Below are positions 21,032-34,559 of a stretch of 64,000 nucleotides of DNA, piece after piece. Source of the DNA: Macrostomum hystrix (lineage: Eukaryota > Animalia > Platyhelminthes); assembly GCA_950097015.1 (NCBI GenBank), contig CATNEN010000026.1, positions 1,426,001-1,490,000 of the forward strand, written 5' to 3'. The notes beneath the pieces are model-generated. The model was not told the DNA's origin, did no database searches, and saw only the letters and a program-made list of their open reading frames with translations. The position numbers and the translations under genes are program-made. Every line of letters starts with the position of its first letter. The stretch's first letter is position 1.

Positions 21032-22713
21032 TTAGGCCAGCTCTTTAATCTTGGCCCGGATGTTCGCGAAGTACCTGAGCCGGTAAGTGAGCTCTTTGGC
21101 CAGCTCGAGGTCGTTGGCTTCGTCAAACGCCCTGGTGAGTTCATCAGTGAGCTGGGCAGTATCGGCTTCGACACGCTCGGCGATGTTGCCGATGGTGCTT
21201 CGATCGGCCTCCATCAGGGCCTCGTTGAGGTCCAGCATTTCGGCTAGGAACTCCTGCGGCAGCGACAGATCCCCGGAGCTGCTTGACGTCTCTTCGGTTA
21301 GCATGGCAACGCCGCGCAAGTTAAGCAGGTAAACGGCCCGATTAACGGGATCTGTTAAGCAGCCATAGGCCGCGTTCACATTGGCCGACTGTTGCTGGGC
21401 TAGATTGCGCTCCTGCGGGTGTTCAGGTGCGGCTAAATGTGTCCCATTGTGTCCTTGCTAGCTCATCGCTAAATACATAAACACTCAGATAGGCCGTTAC
21501 AAAGGGGGTCGGTGGCAGAGCGGTCTAACGCGTTTGCCTCTCGTACCAAGGTCCCTGAGCTCGATTCCGCGGCAAGGCCACTTTCATTTGGGGCGCAGTC
21601 GCGGAGGGAAGGCTTGGGGGCTTGTCGTGCAATCTACGCCATTGAGGGCCAGCCTCCAAGGCACAGTGAAAGTGTAAACTGCCTGACGATGAGAAGGTCA
21701 TGGCAGATGTACACACCTTTGTGAGTGTGTGCCTGTGTACAGTATCTGTGCATGTGTGCTCAGGAGTCAGCGGAAAGAGCAGAATTGCCTCCTCGCTGGC
21801 TGCGGGACTAGTGTCACCAAATGATGTGCTGCTGCACGCGGTCCTTCTTATTATCATTATAGGTCGTTACACGAAATGTAAATGTCATTTTCGTTTTGGA
21901 TTGGCAGTGCTTTTCAGTCAGTCTACATCCTCCGAGCGCTTCACACGTCCTGTTGCTAACAACTCATAAAAACGTACAGATGAAATTACAATCGTTAAGT
22001 TGCTAGCTTTCAAACAGCTCGTGCTACATTTTCAGTCAAATCCTGTGCTTTGTGCTCCCCTTGCCTAGCAACCAGTCAATCATCATTCATTGTCTATTTG
22101 ATGAATCCTTCAATGCGGTAGTTTAATCCACTTGATTTTTCACAAACTCGAAGTGCATAAATATACTACTATTTACTGCTCTTGTCTTTTTACTGCTAAG
22201 CCTCTGATTAAACAGACTTGTAAAGCAGGCGCCAACCTCTTCAGTTGAGTTGGAAAACTTGTCCGGATGCAGCTGCCACTGCAGCTGTCGCATAGCGGTA
22301 GCCAATTTAGCCGAATCCACCCGATAGGTAGGCTTTGCACCTGGGCCAAACAATAGCTGATAATAATTAATGCTGATTCCGCTGTCAGGGCTTTGTATTG
22401 TGCCGCAGGCGGTGCAGAACAAGCCGCCACCAGACGGTTTAGAGCACTTCCAACAGGCGTGGCCACCGCTATTGTTATTATTATTATTATTATTGTTAAT
22501 ACTAGCCTTTCTACTACAAAGGCACCGACATGGAGAAGGAAACGCAACACCGCGTGTCGGCAACATCAAAGGCGCTCTAGTTAAATTTGCGGCGCCGCCA
22601 GTTGGAGGAGTCATAAAAGCGGCTGGCTTTGATGTTGATGACAAATTAATTGCACAGGTGGCATAGCGGCCAATAATTAGGCAGGTGGCGGTACAGGCCC
22701 TTTTCGGCAACAT
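21032..22713 (-). CDS. HSCB: Mitochondrial Fe-S cluster co-chaperone HscB/HSC20
   Basis: Exons 22713-22237 and 21412-21032 (phase 0). CWKC...CTAC tetracysteine motif, J-domain HPDKF, QQQSANVNAAYGCLTDPVNRAVYLL, C-terminal helical domain. The exact start ATG is uncertain. Confidence 0.92.
21504..21860 (+). mobile_element. tRNA-derived SINE family A, near-complete copy in the HSCB intron
   Basis: A-box TGGCAGAGCGG, B-box GCTCGATTCC, about 350 bp, TTATTATCATTAT tail; at least seven related copies in the window. Confidence 0.85.
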
Positions 22714-23059
22714 TTTTGTTGGGCCAAATTTTACAAAATAAAAAAATTAACCTTCGATAGGCGAGTGGCAGCCTTTCGCTGCAAAACTATTTGGCTGATT
22801 AGTCGACTCTGCAGTGCAAGGCTGAAATGAATCAAGGATATCATTTATAAACCAAAGTCTAAAGAGACTAAAGTCTAAGATGATGATATTGTACGGACCA
22901 GTATGTACACAGGTCGGATAAAGACTATTATGCGACATTAGGAATTAACCTTGACGTTATCGGCTTTGGCTAAGATGACTGGTCTACATTTTTTTGCTTT
23001 AAATAAAACAGGTTAGCTGTAAACCAAGTGTTTAGGTTCTTTGCTGCTAATAAAAAAAC

Positions 23060-23369
23060 AATAATAGTAATATTAATAATACTAATAATCTTGATTGCAG
23101 CCTTGCAGGAGGCACAGATACACAGATACCGTACGCAGGCACACACTCACACAGGTGTGTACATCTGCCCTCCCTTTCTCAGCGTCAGGCAGTGTACACT
23201 CTCACTGTGCCTAGGAGGTTGGCCCTCAAGGGCGTAAATTTCACGACAAGAACCCAAGACCTGTCTCCGCGGCCTCTCCTAAATGTGGCCTCGCTGCGGA
23301 ATCGAGCTCAGAGACCTTGGTGAAATAGGCAAACGCGTTAGGCAAGCCACTCTGCCACTCACTACCCCT
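23060..23369 (-). mobile_element. SINE family A copy between ATP23 and HSCB
   Basis: Reverse-complement match to 21504-21860 with an (ATT)n-like tail at 23060-23090. Confidence 0.8.
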
Positions 23370-23742
23370 ATCTGCCGCTAAAATTAAGTGTAAGCTAAAC
23401 TAAAAAAAACGTTCGAAAAAGCCTCCACAGTTAAAGAATCTTACTATACTACTTAAAATAGGTGAAAAATGAAATGTAACATAACGAATCTTGCTTTTCG
23501 TGGTTACATTATATACTTGCTTAACAGAATAACAAAACACAATTGCCAATTCTTAGGCAATTACGAATGCATGCGCTGTAATTATTTTCTGTTCTAGCAG
23601 GCACAAATGTGACATAATATTCAAGAAATACTATACGCAACAAACAGTTCTTATTTGAACAGTTATTAAATAAGCAGTTTCTAAAATCGAAGAAATGATT
23701 AACTAGCACTATTATAACAGAAGTCAAGTGATCCATCATATC

Positions 23743-25704
23743 TCAGGTAGGCGAATTCAAGGTAGACCCGGAAGTAGCTCCTGTGCGCTCTCGGGCCGCG
23801 CTCAGCGTATAGCCATACCTGGCGCCATCGATGATGAATCTGTCGCAGTCCGATCTAAACGACTTTAAAGAGGCCGGAATGCGGCCGAACGGCTCCAGAT
23901 CGGCGTAGCAGCGGTCGAACACCCGCTCGATGGAGGCCTCACCCTCCTGGCGGCTGATTCGGCGAGCTGCCAGCACCGACATCAGCGCCTTGGACTTGAC
24001 GCAGTGCCGATGCTGACCGGCGTAGCTGAATGCCTGGGTGTAGCCCTCAAGCTTGGCCGCGCCCAGGAAGCAGTGGTTCAGGCAGGCGGCGCGGATCTGA
24101 GGGTTCATTGGTCGGCGCACGATATACAGTGTCGCACAATGAATTAAGACCACCTAACGAAAAAGTTAACTTTTTATTTCATAACCTGCACATATTGGGG
24201 AAGCATCCTAATCTAAACAGTTATCGATAACGATGGTATCGAACAATTAAATTAATGATGTCTTGGGTAATTAGTCGCTATTCAGTATGTTTAATTGGAG
24301 TCGCATATCTCGCTTTAGAATTTGAAAAGTCACAGAGTAATAAGACCACTTCATTATTTCGGCTAAAATGTGCTATACAAGTGGCCCTGTTGACTCCAAG
24401 TCCAAAGCATAAAATTCAAAACTACTCCAAGCAAAAATTATCTTGAAATTCCTAGAATGGTTAAAGGCAGAGCTCTGTCGTCTGAGTCATGTAGGAAAAT
24501 CAAGACCCTGTTTGACCAAGGAGATTCTCAGCGTGCCATGGCCACGCAGCTGGGAAAGTCGAAGGCTTGCATCCAGCAAGCACTCAGGCGCCTCAGCAGC
24601 ACTGGCAGCACAGACTATGCCCCGAGCAGGCAGGGCACCGAAAACTGACCACCGACTGGATCGACGAATTGTGCGAATGTCCGAGTCCAACCGTTGGCTC
24701 ACTGCTGTGGACATCAGCCGTGAACTGCTCGTATCCTGCAATGTCCAGCTGCACCCCATGACTGTCCGCCGCCGCCTGGTAGCTGCTGGACTGCATGGCC
24801 GCATCGCTAGAAAGAAGCCATTCATCTCCGACAAAAACCGGAAACATCGCTTGAACATGGCAAAGCAGCATGCCAGCTGGACACCAGGGGACTGGACCAA
24901 GGTCATCTGGAGTGACGAGAGCAAGTTTCCCGCACCGGTTCTGATAGCCGCCGGTATGTGCGCTGCCGAGCTGGTGAGGAATTCGATCCCAGGTGCACCA
25001 TTGGTACCATGAAGCATGGAGGCGGCAGTGTCATAGTGTGGACTGCGTTCTCCAGAGCTGGACCTGGGCCAATAACTCGCATTGAGGGCATCATGGATAG
25101 TCAGCAGTACTCATCCTTAGCAGCCACCTACCAGAGGCAGTAGATGCACGGCCACTGAGTGCAGTGAACAGCTGGCAGTTTCAACAGGACAACGATCCCA
25201 AGGACACCTCCAAGGTTGTGTAGGCATGGCTTGCTGAGAACAACATTCGCACCATGGACTGGCCAGCGCAGTCACCAGACCTCAACCCGATTGAGAACCT
25301 ATGGAACTGGGTTGAGCGGGACATCCAGAGGCAGCAGCCAGCTTCCACTGACCAGCTGTACCGTATCATTGAGCACTCGTGGGCTGCTATCTCGCCAGAA
25401 GTGTGCAAGAAGCTGGTGGACAGCAAGCCTAGGCGGTGCCATGCCGTAATTGAGTCGAAAGGACATGCCACAAAGTATTAGAGAAGTTAGTTGTGTAATC
25501 AGTGACATTTTCTTTACTTATTTCCCTAATATATATATGTGGTCTTATTTCAATGTTATGCTTTAAAATGTACTTCCCACTCAAATATCTGCTTTTTGAA
25601 CTAAAAACAGTGAACAGTGAATCAAAACACTTATAAAACTAACTTAATGTAATGTTCTAACAAGTTTTGCATTCAATTTACTGCTTGAATTAAGCTTAAG
25701 GACC

Positions 25705-25761
<57 letters not shown>

Positions 25762-27618
25762 GGAAGACAGACAGACAGCCAGACAGAGAGACAGACAGAC
25801 AGAGAGACAGACAGAGAGACAGACAGACAGACAGGATGGCAGACATACAGACAGAGATATAGACAGACAGACAGACAGACAGGAAGACAGACAGACAGGA
25901 TGGCAGACATACAGACAGAGATATAGACAGACAGACAGACAGACAGGAAGACAGACAGACAGGATGGCAGACATACAGACAGAGATATAGACAGACAGAG
26001 AGACAGACAGACAGACAGACAGACAGGATGGCAGACATACAGACAGAGATATAGACAGACAGACAGACAGACAGGAAGACAGACAGACAGGAAGACAGAC
26101 AGACAGGAAGACAGACAGACAGGAAGACAGACTGATAGAGAGACAGACCAGACAGACAGTAGGGAAAAACCAACCTCGGTGCAGGCCAGCCTGTCAAGCG
26201 ATTCAGTCGGCTCTTTCATCTCCTCGGCGGCGCCTTTAAACATGACGGCGCGGCAGTCGTCAAAGGCGTGAATCAGCTCGTGACGCATCACGCTGCAAAT
26301 GCCGGGCTTGGACCAGAACTCATTTTCGCAGATGGCCACCTGTGTGTTGAGATTGACATTTTAACTAATAATAAAACTAATGCTGATTATATTAAAATGA
26401 CTGTAAAATAGCAATAAAAGTTTTTTTGAGGATGCGATTATCACAAATTTCGACGTGTAACATCTTCACAGATCATAAAAATTTTGCAGGAGATTATTTC
26501 AGGTTAGAAGAGAGATTCTCATGGGTTAGAAGAGAGATTCTCATGGGTTAGAAGAGAGATTCTCATGGGTTAGAAGAGAGATTCTCATGGGTTAGGAGAG
26601 AGATTCTCATGGGTTAGGAGAGAGATTCTCATTGGTTAGAAGAGAGATTCTAATGGGTTAGGAGAGAGATTCTCATGGGTTAGAAGAGAGATTCTCATGG
26701 GTTAGAAGAGAGATTCTAATGGGTTAGGAGAGAGATTCTCATTGGTTAAGGAGAGAGATTCTCATGGGTTAGAAGAGAGATTCTCATGGGTTAGGAGAGA
26801 GATTCTCATGGCTTAGAAGAGAGATTCTCATTGGTTAGGAGAGAGATTCTCATGGGTTAGAAGAGAGATTCTCATGGGTTAGAAGAGAGATTCTCATGGG
26901 TTAGAAGAGAGATTCTCATGGGTTAGGAGAGAGATTCTCATGGGTTAGGAGAGAGATTCTCATGGGTTAGAAGAGAGATTCTCGGGTTAGGAGAGAGATT
27001 CTCATGGGTTAGAAGAGAGATTCTCATGGGTTAGGAGAGAGATTCTCATTGGTTAAGGAGAGAGATTCTCATGGGTTAGGAGAGAGATTCTCATGGGTTA
27101 GAAGAGAGATTCTCATGGGTTAGAAGAGAGATTCTCATGTGTTAGGAGAGAGATTCTCATGGTTTAGGAGAGAGATTCTTAAGGTTAAAATATCGAGAAT
27201 GTGATCGAGAATCTAAAGAGGCAGGTGAGACATTTCCAGGTGAAATTGATGGCATAGCCAGCTGTTGCACCTGTTTCCGCAACGGGTCATAGCCGCCACT
27301 GAAGCTAAAGCGGCACCGCTCGCAGGACAGATTGTCGGCTAGCCGAAAATTGCAGCCCCTGCTGCGTAAGGCCACTATGAGATAGCGCACAAAAGGATCC
27401 GTCAATGAGCAGTCCAGCACATTCTTCAGGCAGCGATTGTGTCGCCACGCCCTGAAGCCAATGAATCTAGAAGGCGGCTTGTACTCGGAGTCCGGGTCTC
27501 GCTTGGGAAACACCGAGTAACTAAAATCTTCATCGGACTTTGCAGTCTTTGCGGCTCCTGACGCGTCGCTTCGACTGTCTGGCGTCGGCTGAACTGGAGG
27601 CTGACGCTCCGACGGCAT
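23743..27618 (-). CDS. ATP23: Mitochondrial inner membrane protease ATP23
   Basis: Exons 27618-27271, 26339-26175, 24096-23743, all phase 0 (about 288 aa). HELIHAFD metalloprotease motif, LACTEIRAA across the intron, C-terminal EPFGRIP. Confidence 0.93.
24127..25572 (+). mobile_element. Decayed Tc1 transposon in ATP23 intron 2
   Basis: Transposase 24457-25481 with frameshifts and stops: HTH, WSDESKF, FQQDNDPK, WPAQSPDLNPIENLW. Left end TA-CAGTG...TAAGACCAC; degenerate right TIR GTGGTCTTATTTCAATGT at about 25539. Confidence 0.9.
25702..26160. repeat. (GACA)n compound microsatellite
   Basis: Inside ATP23 intron 2. Confidence 0.95.
26500..27180. repeat. 22-bp minisatellite GGGTTAGRAGAGAGATTCTCAT
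   Basis: About 30 tandem copies in ATP23 intron 1. Confidence 0.95.
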
Positions 27619-27679
27619 GATGTCAGAGCTGCGGGTGGCATTGACGGAACGACCTCTTTTTTAATCTTAAGGAGTGACT

Positions 27680-27850
27680 TTTGACGTTTTGGGGCGCAGC
27701 CGCGGAGAGAAGGCATTGGGGCTTGTCGTGCAATTTACGCCTTTGAGGTCCAACCTCCACTAGGCGCAGTGAGAGTGTACACTGCCTGACGATGAGAAAG
27801 TGTATGCCAGCGTACAGTATCTAAGTGCGGGTGCGTGCTAAGGAGCTGTC
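27680..27850 (+). mobile_element. SINE family A, internal fragment
   Basis: TTTTGGGGCGCAGCCGCGG...GCTTGTCGTGCAATTTACGCC...CTGCCTGACGATGAGAAAG matches SINE A. Confidence 0.65.
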
Positions 27851-28449
27851 CATGGACTTAAATTAAATTTGTACCCCAGCAAATGAGCAGAAGCACTAGG
27901 GAATCAAGTGTCTTGCTTGCAAGAATCAAGTGGCTTAAGGATACAGACTGTCTTCCTTGGGCTGGGATTCGAACTGCGTACCTCTCCGCTAGAAGCTGCT
28001 CCTCGGGGGACAGACGTGACTGAACATGTCTAATATAAAATGAACTCGACCAACAACGATTTTGATATCAGAATTATCATTTATTTTGCAACTATCTGTT
28101 AAATAAAAAAGCAAACAAATCAAAGAAAATCAAAACACAAGTAAACGGATAAGTGCAAAACATAAAGTATCAAGTCAGCCGACGACAGCAATGGATTTTC
28201 TGTAGAAAAAAACGGAAAAGACAAAATGAAAGGTAGCTGAGCATTGGGCACTAGTCTGTCCGTGATTATGCACAAAAATTGTTCTGCGCACACACAATAC
28301 TATTGTGCCCAGGCTACCAGCGCCACCATGGTCTGATGGCTATGAACCCTGCATTGCTTGAGTACATTCACGTAAGAAATCAGTTTGAGCAGGAATGCAA
28401 ATGCACAACATTGTTTTAGAATGGTTTTGTCACATCAGTATCAAGGAAG

Positions 28450-28925
28450 TAGAGCGAGAGTAGATGGGTAGTAGGGAGAGAGTAGTGGTTGTAGGGTAAG
28501 AGTGGAGTGGTTGAAGGGTAAGAGTGGATGGGTAGTAGGGTGAGAGTGGAGTGGTTGTAGGGTAAGAGTGGTGGTTGTAGGGTGAGAGTGGATGAGTTGT
28601 AGGGTGAGAGTGGATAGGTAGTAGGGTGAGAGTGGAGTGGTAGTAGGATGAGTGTTACGTAGGGTGTGAGTGGATGGGTAGTAGGGTGAGAGTGGATGAG
28701 TTGTAGGGTGAGAGTGGATGGGTAGTAGGGTGAGAGTGGAGTGGTTGTAGGGTGAGAGTGGATGAGTTGTAGGGTGAGAGTGGATGGGTAGTAGGATGAG
28801 TGTTACGTAGGGTGAGAGTGGATGGGTGAGAGTGGATGAGTTGTAGGGTGAGAGTGGATGGGTAGTAGGGTGAGAGTGGAGTGGTAGTAGGATGAGTGTT
28901 ACGTAGGGTGAGAGTGGATGGGTGG
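28450..28925. repeat. ~22-bp G-rich minisatellite GGGTGAGAGTGGATGGGTAGTA
   Basis: Tandem degenerate copies between SEPSECS and ATP23. Confidence 0.9.
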
Positions 28926-29505
28926 CATGGCAGATATTCTAAGATATAAAGGTGATATAGTGGATGAGTATATGTTTCTTATTCGCAACAGAAACATTTT
29001 AAACGGCAATAGATCTGTGTGCACAAGGACTGAAAGCCTACGAAAAATTATTTAAACATGTGACATAACCAAAATAATATGGCGTCACGGGAAAAGCCGA
29101 ACTTGCTGATTATGTTATGAAGCCTTAGAAAACACACATGATTAAAAGCCATGGCAACTAAAAAAGACAAGCTATTGAGTGAAAAACAACAGCAAACTTT
29201 ATATACAGGGTTCACTTATTTTTAGTAACTTTAACATCATATACTGTATAATAATATACTAACAGTTAAGTTGAGATTCTAATCAAACTATAAAATAAAA
29301 ATCGTGTAGTGTAACTGAATAAAGAAATTTAGAAGGGAATGGTGATTTAATGCGGCTTGTTAATTCTAGCACCCATATACTTTAAGATGTCATATGCAGG
29401 ACATTGTATGAGGGGATCATTATTAGAAGATTCTGAGAGGTAGATGGCGCTGACTGTTGGTATGGACCATTTATTGTGCTAATATTAGATTAAAAATTGG
29501 GCTAG

Positions 29506-32500
29506 TCATTCCTCATCCAGACCGTTATTGTCCGCGTCAGAGTCAGCGTCGCCGTTAGTAGGGCCGTCACCGACGCCCCGCCGAAGCTCCTTAGCAAGCA
29601 GGCTGTCTAGAAGGTCAAGAAAGCTGTCCACCTCGGCTAGGGACATGCCGAGGCCGGCGGCTGCGTTCAGGTAGGGAGCGGCCGGGTAGGTCGAGCAGTG
29701 AGCTCCGTAGCCCTGGGGATTTTGGGGATTTGAATCTGAATTAAATTTTGAAAGCTTATGTGTTAATAAGTCAAAATTGTTGTATTCCCGATCCTAAAAA
29801 ACCCAGGATCCCGAAAACCTGGGGTCCTAATCCCGAAAACCCAGGATCCCAATCCCGAAAACCCAAGGTCCTGAAAACCCGAATCCCATCCCGAAAACCC
29901 GGAGTCCCAATCCCGAAAACCCAAGGTCCTGAAAACCCGAATCCCATCCCGAAAACCCGGAGTCCCAATCTCGAAATCCCAGAATCCCGATCCCGAAAAC
30001 CCGGAGTCCCAATCCCGAAAACCCGGAGTCCCAATCTCGAAATCCCGGATCCCGATCCCGGAAACCCGGGGTTAATTCGATCTGTCACTGTTAATTCGAG
30101 ACCGCACTTTCTTTTATTCGTTACACCTAATTATCCCGAGCTCAAACGCCCGATCAATCAGAAGGCAGCCCACCTGCCCAGCAGACAGAAAATCCCCCAT
30201 ATCCAGTGAGTTAAATCCCCGAATCGCGCCAACTCGCACCTGAAACTCGAATCCTTCAACGCTGACAGGCTCGTCACCGCCGGCGACCACTCTAGCCCCG
30301 GAGCAGCCGCGGCGGAACAGCGCTGCGCCCAGTCGCCCCGGCTCTCGGATTGGCTGCGAACGAATCTGACCATCTCGACGCCCTTCAGACGCGTCTAGGC
30401 ACAATGCCAGCGAGATGGGATTCTTTCCAGTGTTGAGCAGTCTCAGACAGGTGTGCTTGCCAGCCAGCTTGCCCAGACCATCTCTTAGCCTAGCATAAGC
30501 GGCCACTCGCTGCTCCAACAGCCTAGCGTAGCCGCTTCGACCCAAATGTAGCAGCGTTAAAAGTGCATCGATAGACGGCGAAGCCGAAGCCCTACCCGGA
30601 TAGGCTGCGGACACGCGCCCGACCACGGCGGCGTCTGGACCGGCGACAATGGCTCCGCCGACTGGCACTAATAGGTTCTTGTCGCACGACTGAACAAATA
30701 GGTCTAGGCGACCCTTTGTGCTGGCATCGTTGATGAGGTTCATGCAGCGGCTGGCCTGCGTATCGGTGCGAATACAGGGAGAAAGGTTTTTTGTGCTTTT
30801 CGAAACATATCGGATAATCTCTTTCCCTGATAATCGAATCCAGGCTTCGATTGAGGACCAGAATCTAGACATTGATTGAGGACCAGAATCTAGATATCGA
30901 TTGAGGAACAGAATCTAGATATCGATTGAGGAACAGAATCTAGATATCGATTGAGGAACAGAATCTAGATATCGATTGAGGAACAGAATCTAGACATCGA
31001 TTGAGGAACAGAATCTAGATATCGATTGAGAACAAGAATCTAGACATCGATTAAGGACCAGAATCTATAATTCGATTGAGGAACAGAATCTAGATATCGA
31101 TTGAGGAACAGAATCTAGATATCGATTGAGGAACAGAATCTAGATATCGATTGAGGAACAGAATCTAGATATCGATTGAGGAACAGAATCTAGATATCGA
31201 TTGAGGAACAGAATCTAGATATCGATTGAGGAACAGAATATAGGCATAGATTGAGAACAAGAATCTAGACATTGATGTCTAGACACGGATGAAGGAACAG
31301 AGTGTAGACACGCATAGAGGACCAGAATTAAGAAACGGATGAAGGACTAGAGTGTAGACACGCATAGAGGACCAGAATTAAGAAACGGATGAAGGACTAG
31401 AGTGTAGACACGCATAGAGGACCAGAATTAAGAAACGGATGAAGGACTATAGTGTAGACACGCATAGAGGACCAGAATTAAGAAACGGATGGAGGACTAG
31501 AGTGTAGACACGCATAGAGGACCAGAATTAAGAAACGGATGGAGGACTAGAGTGTAGACACGCATAGAGGACCAGAATTAAGAAACGGATGGAGGACTAG
31601 AGTCTAGACACGCATAGAGGACCAGAATTAAGAAACGGATGAAGGACTAGAGTCTAGACACGCATAGAGGACCAGAATTAAGAAACGGATGAAGGACTAG
31701 AGTCTAGACACGCATAGAGGACCAGAATTAAGACACGGATGAAGGACTAGAGTGTAGACACGCATAGAGGACCAGAATTAAGAAACGGATGGAGGACTAG
31801 AGTGTAGACACGCATAGAGGACCAGAATTAAGAAACGGAAAGGACCGGAGTCTAGACACGCATAGAGGACCAGAATTAAGAAACGGATGGAGGATAAGAC
31901 TCTAAGCACTGATAAGGAACAGTATTCTACTAGCAGACCTACCTGGACTCCGTAAGCATTATTAACGATGTGCGGCAGATTGAACTCGGCGCACAGTTTA
32001 GCCACGTCGGCCAGACGGTCCGGAGCCCTGGGAGCGAAGCAGCTAGTAGTAGTCATGACAGCCGCAATGCTGTCAGGACCATGTTGCTCTATTAGCGCTC
32101 TGAGTCTGGCCACATTAGTCACTAGCTCATCGCCATCTAACACAGGTTCAATTGGAACTGGCACAAAACCGGCTGTGACTATGGCTTTGAAGCAGGACTT
32201 CTGATCGATGCGAGGCCATAGCACAAGGCGAGCGCCGGCGGGCCGACTCGAGCGCAACGACAGCAGACAGAGGCAGAGAGCCATGCCTGCGGGCCGCACA
32301 GTTGGCAGTGATGCCACCGTTCTATTTTTATCCATCATAATCTCACAGGTAGATAAGTATCATTTCTATATGTTAAATTATCGACTGTATCCCTTTCGCC
32401 ACTACCTTTCTCCACTCAGTAAATCCTGCCAACATTTCTCAACTCTGTTAATCCTATATCAACCTTCTCCACTGTTAATCCACTGTGTATCCATCTCCAG

Positions 32501-33216
32501 TCAGATAATCCGTTGTCTACCCATCTCCAGTCAGTTAATCCTCAGTCTACCAATCTACAATTCGTTAATCCTCTGTGCATCCATCTCCAGTCTGTTAAAC
32601 CTGTGTATCAATCTTCAGTCGGTTAATCCTGTGTATCCATCTTCAGTCCGTTAATCCACATTTTTCCACTCCGTTAATCCACTGTCCACTTTTTTCAAAA
32701 CGCGAATAAGGTTCTCTTTCTCTATTCCCTTACATCTTTCTCCAGTATATCGCCACCATAATACACGCACTGCTCACCAGTAGCTACCGGGATGAGCACA
32801 GCCGATCCGGCTGCTTTGGGGCAGCCAAACTGTCTCAGCCAATCGGCCAGCAGGCAGTTTGTGAGGCTATTCAGCACAGATGAGCCCGCAGCTTTAGGCT
32901 GTCCGGCGGTGACGTCGCCCGATCGGCCAATACCGTGCGCCAGGCCGTAGTGCCGCCTAGCAACCAGAGGACAGGCCACTCGACCCTCGCGTTCTCCGAC
33001 ACCCACACAGCCGGCAGGCGAATTGTTCATATCTAGGATAGCTAATTCTCTCAGCAGCAGTTCCAATTCCGGCTCGGACCAGCCGAGCTCAGGTAGGCGA
33101 CGCTGAGTCAACAGGTGATTGAGTCTATTCTCTAAGCTGCGACGCCAACATAGCGCCGGCTCCAGGTGCCGCCTGTCGGCTAGACGAGCCAGAGCAGCGA
33201 GGTTGTCCGGGTTCAT
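29506..33216 (-). CDS. SEPSECS: O-phosphoseryl-tRNA(Sec) selenium transferase (selenocysteine synthase)
   Basis: Phase-consistent exons 33216-32778, 32286-31943, 30755-30240, 29712-29506 (about 501 aa). Motifs GEREGR, HGIGRSGD, QPKAAGSS, WPRIDQKSC, HIVNNAYG, QSCDKNLLVPVGGAIV (PLP lysine), YPGRAS, YLNAAAGLG. Confidence 0.96.
29785..30070. repeat. Degenerate ATCCCGAAAACCC-type minisatellite
   Basis: SEPSECS intron 3. Confidence 0.85.
30845..31890. repeat. Adjacent 25-bp and 50-bp tandem arrays
   Basis: 25-mer GATTGAGGAACAGAATCTAGATATC (30845-31270) followed by a 50-mer (31270-31890); SEPSECS intron 2. Confidence 0.93.
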
Positions 33217-34559
33217 TTAAGGCGACTCTTCTGATTAGCAGTGAATTAATATTTGTGCAATTGTAGCTATCAACGACTGAGGCCTGCGGTGAGAAGTCAT
33301 ATTAAATGCAAGTCTTTTAAATTCGATGCTAACTTGACACATAAGCTCCGTTCTTCACAGTAGAAAGACCATGGGGGATTTTTCTAATGCCCACATTATT
33401 ATTTTTTCTGTATCTCCCAAAATATTCAACCAATCGCCATGAAAATCCATAAAACGGGCTCAAATTTTCCGCTCTATCCGATTAAACAACTTCTAGAATC
33501 ATAAAACACCGGCATCGTCCAGATATTCAACGATTCTTGTTGGAGTGTCTTGGTGACAAGAAGCACAAAAATAGGCCAATTTTTTATCACAAAATTTCAT
33601 CGTGTAACCATGTCGGCTATTATTTTTGACTATTTTAGATTGATTAAATTGTCTTTTGAACCAATACGGATTCGCCATAGATGCCTACACAGAGCAATGA
33701 TACTGGCTACTGGATACTGGGTCTTCGACAAGAATCGACAACATCGACGATGCTGACTTGGATGGCTTTGAAAGTCAGTTCATCGTTAAGGGCAATTTTT
33801 TTATCCAATTTGAGGACTTTCACGAAAATCGGTCGTTTGGTTTGGGAGCTATTGTGAAGTAGGCACTGGGTATTTGAAATACGCCAGTAGTTTTTCCCCA
33901 GTGGAAAAATAGTGTGGTCTTTCTACTGTTATAGTGTACAAGAGAATATTGTTTTTGATCTGACTGAGGTAGCTGTCGAATCGTTTATAAAAAAATTTAA
34001 TCCCTACACAGCCGCTCTATATAACCGAAACTTAGTTCTGATTCTACGAGACCTGAGATTCTGATTCATTTCTACCCAAATACTAAGCTATTATTAAACA
34101 CGCATTCTAAAATTAAATTCGATTAACTGGTCTATTAGAAAACATACTTTGTTAGTAAAAAATAAACGTTTTCTCTTTATTTTCAGACTTTGCGGAAACA
34201 AAATCATTTATTCTCTGTTTACTGCTCACAAAATACAACTTAAATACACTAAACACGTGCACTAACATGACTAGCTTTGAGAATTAGCAAAAGGAATGTT
34301 TGGCACAAGGTGTTGCGATGCAAGTCGAGCAGGAGGTAATATAAGCCCTCGATCGTGGGCTTGAGCTCAGCATAGTGTATTTCGCCTGCTGCCATAGACA
34401 AAATCAATAATTGTACAAATAAACAACATCTCTCTCTTTAAGTCAACAGTCCCATCTCCCCCTATCAAAACAAAAAGCTCTTAAGTGGATTATTTGTTTC
34501 GGGGGTCAACTTGGATTCTGTCTGAGAGTTTCCTAAGCCGCTGTCTTCTACCTTCTATC

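Noticed and set aside
26500-27180. Interstitial telomere (TTAGG inside the repeat unit)
   Set aside because: The motif is only part of a 22-bp unit, not a (TTAGGG)n run.
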